Shown: positions 58,392 through 64,000 of the stretch, in pieces
Layout of the letters: each line of letters starts with the position of its first letter
How positions within the stretch are numbered: position 1 is the stretch's first letter
IMG/VR virus record: IMGVR_UViG_3300030107_003232
Span: 4,492-68,491 of that record
Length of the DNA stretch: 64,000 nucleotides
Strand: one strand, 5' to 3'
Source: a virus
Notes under the pieces: generated by a model
Database searches by the model: none
What the model was told of the DNA's origin: nothing
Seen by the model: the letters and a program-made list of their open reading frames with translations, nothing else
Translations under genes and position numbers: made by a program

Positions 58392-59239
58392 AGGCGACTG
58401 AGGAACAGTCGGCTCGTTCCACCTACAATCCGATAGATGCCGACATAATAAGAATTAGTAAGTCCTCTTTGATGGGCTACATGATGTGCCCACGACAGTT
58501 TTTTTGGGGCTACGTTGCAGATATACCGCGAGCGCCGCCTACTGAAGCGATGATTCGCGGAACTCATATTCACACGGTCATGGAGGCGGGAATACTTCAA
58601 GGGCCGGACATGATAATGCCTACTGCTGTCGAGCAGGGGGTCGAAGAAGACGAAGGCGTTGATTCTATGAATCTCCTTCTGCATCAGATAGCCGCAGATA
58701 TTGGCGGCTTCGATGTGGTCGAGGCAGAAGTCAAGCATGAGGTCTATGAGGAGTTCAACGGCTACGAGATTATATGGGTCGGGTTAATTGACGGCGTGCT
58801 ACGACACCCCGAAACAGGCGACCTAATCTTAGTCGAATTAAAAACAGGTAATATGAACATGAGTAAATTGGGGCGCACACGAAAAGAGTTAGTTTATTAC
58901 ACGCGCCTTCTCCGCAAACTCGGCTATGGTGATGTGAGCCATTTCCTATACATATCTCCCGATTACGAGATACCCGAAGACGGACAGGATAAACTCTTAC
59001 TTGAAGGACAAAAGAGAGGTAAAACCATGTGGCTCGGACCTGAGCGCGGATTTGCCCTGCTTGAGCCCTTTTTACAACGCTCCTATAATGCCTTTGAGGA
59101 ATCCTTATACGACACTATAGATTCATTAGCAACCCATCAATGGCCTATGAAATGGAACGACTATTTCTGTCCTATGTGGTGTGATTTTTCATTGAATTGT
59201 GAAGCAGAACTTAACGGAGTAAACGGGTGGGATGTATGA
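58388..59239 (+). CDS. Cas4-like PD-(D/E)xK exonuclease
   Basis: SKSS...CPRQF, GTHIH, GLIDG, VELKTG, C-terminal C...CDF...C Fe-S ligands. Confidence 0.85.
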   Translation: MKATEEQSARSTYNPIDADIIRISKSSLMGYMMCPRQFFWGYVADIPRAPPTEAMIRGTHIHTVMEAGILQGPDMIMPTAVEQGVEEDEGVDSMNLLLHQIAADIGGFDVVEAEVKHEVYEEFNGYEIIWVGLIDGVLRHPETGDLILVELKTGNMNMSKLGRTRKELVYYTRLLRKLGYGDVSHFLYISPDYEIPEDGQDKLLLEGQKRGKTMWLGPERGFALLEPFLQRSYNAFEESLYDTIDSLATHQWPMKWNDYFCPMWCDFSLNCEAELNGVNGWDV

Positions 59240-59415
59240 GTAGGGTCGGAGATGCAAGAAAATTTATCGCAAAAGTAGTTTGCGCCGCCTGTGGGTCTGA
59301 TGACTTATGGGAGGGTTCAGAAGAAGTATGGCGCGTCAATGGGCAAGAGGGTTCAACACCTGAACGTGTTATGATTATTGCCTGTGAATGCGGGAGCCAG
59401 CAAGTCATCGGGTGA
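59236..59415 (+). CDS. Small Zn-ribbon protein
   Basis: CAACG...CECG. Confidence 0.6.
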   Translation: MSRVGDARKFIAKVVCAACGSDDLWEGSEEVWRVNGQEGSTPERVMIIACECGSQQVIG

Positions 59416-59419
59416 GGGT

Positions 59420-60427
59420 ATGATATTATCTTTCCCGCGTGAAATCGGTTTGAGGCGCACGCCCTGTAATAATAAAGATGATTACGATAGTTATATCTCA
59501 AAAGTAAATGGTAAGGCATCCTGTTATACATCTCTCTATGCGTTTGAGAAATGCGACGATAGAATGTCTTGGAAAATGGATATTGAAAGCGTGGTTATGG
59601 ATAGGGCTTGGTGGGATTTCGATATGACCGAAGACACCACTCTTGAAGATGTGAGGGTTGATGTTCTAACCTTGCTATCCCGTCTTGAGGGCGATGTCCG
59701 AACTGTCTTCACAGGCAGGGGATTTCATGTTCACCAATTCTTTGATACTCCGGTTAAAGGCACGGCCATAGCAAGACACATTGACCGCTACCAAAGGAAC
59801 GCCGCGAGAGGACTTAAAACGCTTGACGGCGTGGGCTTTCCACAAAAACTTACACGCATACCGGACACCTATAATCCGAAGCGCGGCAGGTGGGCAGTTA
59901 ATATAGATACTGTCGCTTTTAAGGCCGACCCAAACTATGATATACCAACTCACCCCTCTAAAGAATTACAGCATCACGACCCATTTACGGGAGATGCACC
60001 CACTAATGGGTTCAACATAAGAAAATGGATTGCGGATAATCCCGTGTCCGAAATAAGGCCCGAAGGGGTCTTACAGGCCGATATAGGCCACGCTGGACAG
60101 ATACCGATTCCACCGTGTATCGAGAAGGCAATAGAGGGAGATAATCCGAAGCACACAGCACGACTCGCGCTCGGTTATCATTTAGTGGAAAATCTTAGAT
60201 GGTTTGCAGACCCAAAGTCGCTTACATCTGAGCAACGAGAAAGTATTATTCAAGAAGCAATAAACTTTATCGAAAAACTAAATTGGCGGGATTTTAACCG
60301 TAGCATGACGAGAAGTCAAATTGAGTCCATCGTGGACCATGAGTTCTCGCCGTCATGTTCATGGTTGCAGACCCGCATAGGTTGCCCCGCTATTTGTTGG
60401 CGTGATGATGGAACGAGGAGAAATTAA
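59420..60427 (+). CDS. Archaeo-eukaryotic primase (PriS fused to PriL-like C-terminal domain)
   Basis: WDFD, FTGRGFHV, LTRIPDTYN; C-terminal PPCI...H..R...PSCSW...C...C. Confidence 0.85.
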   Translation: MILSFPREIGLRRTPCNNKDDYDSYISKVNGKASCYTSLYAFEKCDDRMSWKMDIESVVMDRAWWDFDMTEDTTLEDVRVDVLTLLSRLEGDVRTVFTGRGFHVHQFFDTPVKGTAIARHIDRYQRNAARGLKTLDGVGFPQKLTRIPDTYNPKRGRWAVNIDTVAFKADPNYDIPTHPSKELQHHDPFTGDAPTNGFNIRKWIADNPVSEIRPEGVLQADIGHAGQIPIPPCIEKAIEGDNPKHTARLALGYHLVENLRWFADPKSLTSEQRESIIQEAINFIEKLNWRDFNRSMTRSQIESIVDHEFSPSCSWLQTRIGCPAICWRDDGTRRN

Positions 60428-60428
60428 T

Positions 60429-60593
60429 ATGATGTTAAAAGAACGCGAAGTTGATGAGATGAACGAGCATGGTAAGTGTATTACTTGTAAAGCGGATTGG
60501 TCGCTATACACCGAAATGGAGCGTTATTGTAAACTATGTAAAACCCGTATAGTAATAATACAAGACGAGGTTTATTTTGATAAGGGCTGGTAA
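60429..60593 (+). CDS. Small Zn-finger protein
   Basis: CITC...CKLC. Confidence 0.5.
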   Translation: MMLKEREVDEMNEHGKCITCKADWSLYTEMERYCKLCKTRIVIIQDEVYFDKGW

Positions 60594-60626
60594 GTTTTTA
60601 TAACTACTCGGCGTAGTGGTAGGTTT

Positions 60627-61310
60627 GTGCTTCTAATAGACGACCGCGAGAATGATAAGGTTATCAATAAATTACTCATGCGTATGGGTAAAAATGACGT
60701 AAAAGTATGTCGGATGAAAGCATCTGACTATACTATGGGAACATGGGGTATCGAGGCTAAAGAGATTAACGACCTGTATAGGTCTATCATGGGCTTTGGT
60801 CGCACACGAACTATCGTGGACCAACTACATGACCTACAAGAGTCATGCGAGCATCCCTTTCTCGTTGTCTATGGAACTGAATTGAAGCCATACATTCCCG
60901 GCAAAAGACCCAACGCTAAATTGATAGCGATGGAAATGGCCCGCATGAAAAAAGTAATCAAACAGTTTAAGGCTGTATTCTATCAAAGATTCCCTAAAAT
61001 TAAATATATGGAACTCACCACAATGGATGAGTTCGTGGAATGGCTTGTAGTCAATCACACACAGCAAGGCATAGCAAAAAGTCGCCTTGCTTACGAACAA
61101 CAACAAGTAATAAAAAATGCTGATTTAGATTCAAGGGTTCAAATCTTATCTGCTATCGAGGGAGTATCTGTAAATCAAGCAGAAGCATTGTTAGAAAAGT
61201 TTGGTAGCATACCAAACATACTTAAGAAAAAGACAACCCAAAAAGAACTTATGGATATACACGGCATCAATCGAAGAAAAGCGAAAGCCATATTATCTTT
61301 ACGCGACTAA
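60627..61310 (+). CDS. ERCC4/XPF-family nuclease with HhH motifs
   Basis: IDDRE, SDY, IEAKEINDL; tandem HhH (IEGVS..QA..LLEKFGS, IHGINRRKA). Confidence 0.9.
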   Translation: MLLIDDRENDKVINKLLMRMGKNDVKVCRMKASDYTMGTWGIEAKEINDLYRSIMGFGRTRTIVDQLHDLQESCEHPFLVVYGTELKPYIPGKRPNAKLIAMEMARMKKVIKQFKAVFYQRFPKIKYMELTTMDEFVEWLVVNHTQQGIAKSRLAYEQQQVIKNADLDSRVQILSAIEGVSVNQAEALLEKFGSIPNILKKKTTQKELMDIHGINRRKAKAILSLRD

Positions 61311-63949
61311 TATGGTCTAAACTTAGATGTTCCCGACTGTGTGTGTGCCGATGCGCGGTCCATGTTTATGTTTAGATTGTTTATTACCACACTTGAGGTG
61401 TTTGAATCATCGTCGCCTGTTCCGGCTTTACGGGTTACTGTTACCGTAATTTTTTCGCCCGCTATATTAGCACCCTTTAGAGAAGTAGTTGGTAATAACG
61501 TTACGGGTGTTTTATTAAGACCTGTGCTAATTGTAGTCGTATGTGTTACGGAATTACCAGACCCTATTTTTGCTGTAGTGTAAAGCACAGCGGTTGTGTT
61601 GCTTAGTCCTTCGGGGCTATGTGTTATATCACCCTCTATATGTATTTTCTCATTAAGAACATCTATTGGTATAGTAAAAGTAGTTTCTATCGTAGTTTCT
61701 TGCGAGGCCGCTATACTCTCCCCTCCCATTAATCCCTTTGCGGCAAAAATATACCCTTCATTAGATACAGCCGCTGTTCCAGCAACAGCCGCTATATCGT
61801 CATTCATACCTTCTATTCCTCTTGAAGAATACGGGACTATGGTTGATACTCTTTTTTGGCCGGGTATTGCTAAACGACCATTAGCGGAAAAATTATCTAA
61901 AGGTAAATCCATTCTATGTTGCCGTAGTATTTTATCCAAATAATGTTGGGGCGGCGTATAGCCGTCCTCTCCGTCTTGGTGTTGGTCGCCCTCTCCGCCG
62001 TTATCAGGATTCCACGGTTCATTCGGCTTGTTATCATTCGGCGTTAATGGTTTTTCGTCGTCTAATAATGGGTCTGTGCCTAAAACAGAACCCAATGAGT
62101 TAGAATCTGTTGGTGAAAATAAATACGATAAAATACCTTGTCTTTCAAGTCCTTCGTCGCGCTCTAATGTTAAGATAACATTTTCTGTTATCCCTGCTTT
62201 TACATTGTATGAGAGTTGTTTAATACTCATTGTTTCAGCATTTAATTCTAAACCAGCATCCGTTACGCTAACATAACTTGCGGGCACATACGAAAAGTCG
62301 CGGCATATATGCACGCGGGGCGCATACCACCATTTCCTTTCATCTCTAAAGCCTCCGCCCATTTCGCTATACACTCTTAACCCCAATGGGAATATGCTAC
62401 TATCATTTACAGTTCCACTCCCATTATCCACGCTACTATCTAAAATATAATTTGCCGAACCATTATCCGTTTGTGTAGGGAGGCCACATCTATGTCGCAA
62501 CAATGCGCGGCAGTATTCTGCGTTAAAAGAAAACACTATTTTTGCGCCAGCACTTGCACCGTATGTAGTCGGTATGTCTATCTCATAAAACCCGCTGTGT
62601 TTCACATCTTTTGTGCTTACCATAGACGAAGTAGCACCACTTACTGTTCTATCTCTATTATTAGTATAATTATAATCTGCAATTTTAACAACAAACTCGG
62701 CATCGTCTATACTTGTTCCTGTTTGGTTTTTCAAATCAACAGTCATCCTCATAGAATATCCGTTACTGTTAGTAAGAGGTGTTCCATTAGGTATATGCAC
62801 TATTTGAACCGCATGAGATATGGAGTTACTACCATACCAATAAAAATTAGATACCCATTCGACAGTCCCAGATGCGTTAGTATTTTTAGAAGAACCATAT
62901 CGGCTACTAAGAGAAGTTATATCTGTATTTATATTACCGTTAAGAGCATTTACCATGCCCGGAAATAAAGCGCCGCCTGTTCCGAGAACAGTCCAATTAC
63001 ATACGCGCATATCTGCTTTTGAGGCCGTGTTATCAGCATTACCATTAAGAGCAATATATGGGTCTGCTATGTAGCCGTATCTTCCGGTTTCTATCATTTT
63101 ATGCTGTGTATCGCTTTCAAGTATAGGTTCGACTTTTAACTGCATAGAATTATTTTTACGGGCATTATATTCTTGTTCAGCAATTCTTTTTGCTTCTTCA
63201 CTACTTACTATGGTTGGCTTTTCTATAATTTTCCATCGTGTACTATCTCCTAAAGACGCAGAAGGATAATCAACAAAAGATTTACCGTTATTATAATACA
63301 CCCTTATGTTTTGTATTTGCGAAGACAAATTAATATCAATATCAGAAATCTTCATATTATTTCTGTTTAATGTAATACCGCTGTTATATTTTGGTCTTAA
63401 TTCTATTCTATTATCCCTACCCATTCGGTAAGTAAATGTAGTATAGTTGCTTTCGCCTTGACTTGCTTTTTCCTGTATTGCTCTTAAAGTTGCACCAAGA
63501 GTTTTACCCCTACTATCTGTTATCGAACCATAATAATCATTACTGCTTGTGTTGTTGTAAGTAGTCATGTGGCTTGTAATTGGAACATTGTTAATATCAA
63601 ATATACAATTTACTGTAGTTGAGGGTAGCCAAGTGTCCATGATGGCTGCATTCCATAATAAACGCATTTTATCGCTATTCCAATAACCGCCGCCCGTTTT
63701 GCTTTTGTAATAACCATTAACATGAAGTAAAAATCGCAACAAAAACGACGAGGCGACTGTAGCATGAACCTCATACGCTATGGGGTCATTTGTTCCCGAT
63801 GTGTAATTCCCTGTGTGTCCGTAATTAGCCCAACCGCCAGCAGTAGTTAAAAACCTATTTCTAACTTCTGCTTCTGTTTCTGTAATCAATTGCGACTGAA
63901 CTAAACTTTGTAAGTGTTGGTCTATTGGTATCTCAAATATCATAGCCAA
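61307..63949 (-). CDS. Large tail/baseplate-type virion protein (start uncertain)
   Basis: 880 aa, Asn/Ser/Thr-rich; hub-like segments (IQNIRVYY, SSEEAKRIAEQEY, ETMSIKQLSY); same strand as the tail operon. Confidence 0.6.
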   Translation of the reverse strand: MAMIFEIPIDQHLQSLVQSQLITETEAEVRNRFLTTAGGWANYGHTGNYTSGTNDPIAYEVHATVASSFLLRFLLHVNGYYKSKTGGGYWNSDKMRLLWNAAIMDTWLPSTTVNCIFDINNVPITSHMTTYNNTSSNDYYGSITDSRGKTLGATLRAIQEKASQGESNYTTFTYRMGRDNRIELRPKYNSGITLNRNNMKISDIDINLSSQIQNIRVYYNNGKSFVDYPSASLGDSTRWKIIEKPTIVSSEEAKRIAEQEYNARKNNSMQLKVEPILESDTQHKMIETGRYGYIADPYIALNGNADNTASKADMRVCNWTVLGTGGALFPGMVNALNGNINTDITSLSSRYGSSKNTNASGTVEWVSNFYWYGSNSISHAVQIVHIPNGTPLTNSNGYSMRMTVDLKNQTGTSIDDAEFVVKIADYNYTNNRDRTVSGATSSMVSTKDVKHSGFYEIDIPTTYGASAGAKIVFSFNAEYCRALLRHRCGLPTQTDNGSANYILDSSVDNGSGTVNDSSIFPLGLRVYSEMGGGFRDERKWWYAPRVHICRDFSYVPASYVSVTDAGLELNAETMSIKQLSYNVKAGITENVILTLERDEGLERQGILSYLFSPTDSNSLGSVLGTDPLLDDEKPLTPNDNKPNEPWNPDNGGEGDQHQDGEDGYTPPQHYLDKILRQHRMDLPLDNFSANGRLAIPGQKRVSTIVPYSSRGIEGMNDDIAAVAGTAAVSNEGYIFAAKGLMGGESIAASQETTIETTFTIPIDVLNEKIHIEGDITHSPEGLSNTTAVLYTTAKIGSGNSVTHTTTISTGLNKTPVTLLPTTSLKGANIAGEKITVTVTRKAGTGDDDSNTSSVVINNLNINMDRASAHTQSGTSKFRPY

Positions 63950-64000
63950 TTGCGGTCTTATTTCTATTGTGTCGCCTACAGCCCATGCTTGCGCTGTTCA

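Noticed and set aside
58388-59239. Cas4-like gene as evidence of a CRISPR-Cas system
   Set aside because: Stand-alone Cas4-like nucleases are routine in archaeal virus replication modules; no cas1/cas2 or array.
63950-64000. In-frame TGA at 63998-64000 upstream of the large tail ORF as recoding or a pseudogene
   Set aside because: It falls on the last three bases of the window, so a real gene boundary, sequence error or frameshift cannot be distinguished; other genes use TGA as a normal stop.
1-64000. Integrase, transposase, reverse transcriptase/DGR, rRNA
   Set aside because: No such motifs recognised in the ORF track or by eye; part of the genome lies outside the window.

Overview
The window is most of the genome of a tailed (Caudoviricetes) archaeal virus. 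It is very probably a marine Group II/Poseidoniales virus ('magrovirus'-like); this is inferred from gene content, not from a database hit. Layout: (i) 1-23.8 kb, minus strand, is morphogenesis: portal, prohead protease, decoration protein, major capsid, head-tail joining genes, a 1590-aa collagen-like fibre next to a 2OG-Fe(II) oxygenase and a methyltransferase, tail tube, tail chaperones with a -1 frameshift site, and a partial tape measure gene. (ii) 24.2-27.5 kb, plus strand, holds a metallophosphoesterase and the large terminase. (iii) 27.6-34.9 kb holds small minus-strand genes, each separated by clusters of a TACTACAAATT repeat, plus a candidate ~230-nt structured ncRNA. (iv) 35-49 kb holds small plus-strand genes, many preceded by GACGCTTGCGA at a fixed -55 position, plus a trio of stem-closed RNA-like units ending in ACC. 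(v) 44.6-61.3 kb is an archaeal-type replication module: MCM-like helicase, RFC, OB-fold SSB, GroES/GroEL, ATPase, PCNA-like clamp, PolB, Cas4-like nuclease, primase and ERCC4 nuclease. (vi) 61.3-64 kb is a large tail protein. The most notable signals are non-coding: the repeat-separated cassette array, the -55 regulon motif, two candidate ncRNA loci and two homologous long palindromes (candidate origins). All calls come from reading motifs by eye, and repeat counts are approximate.
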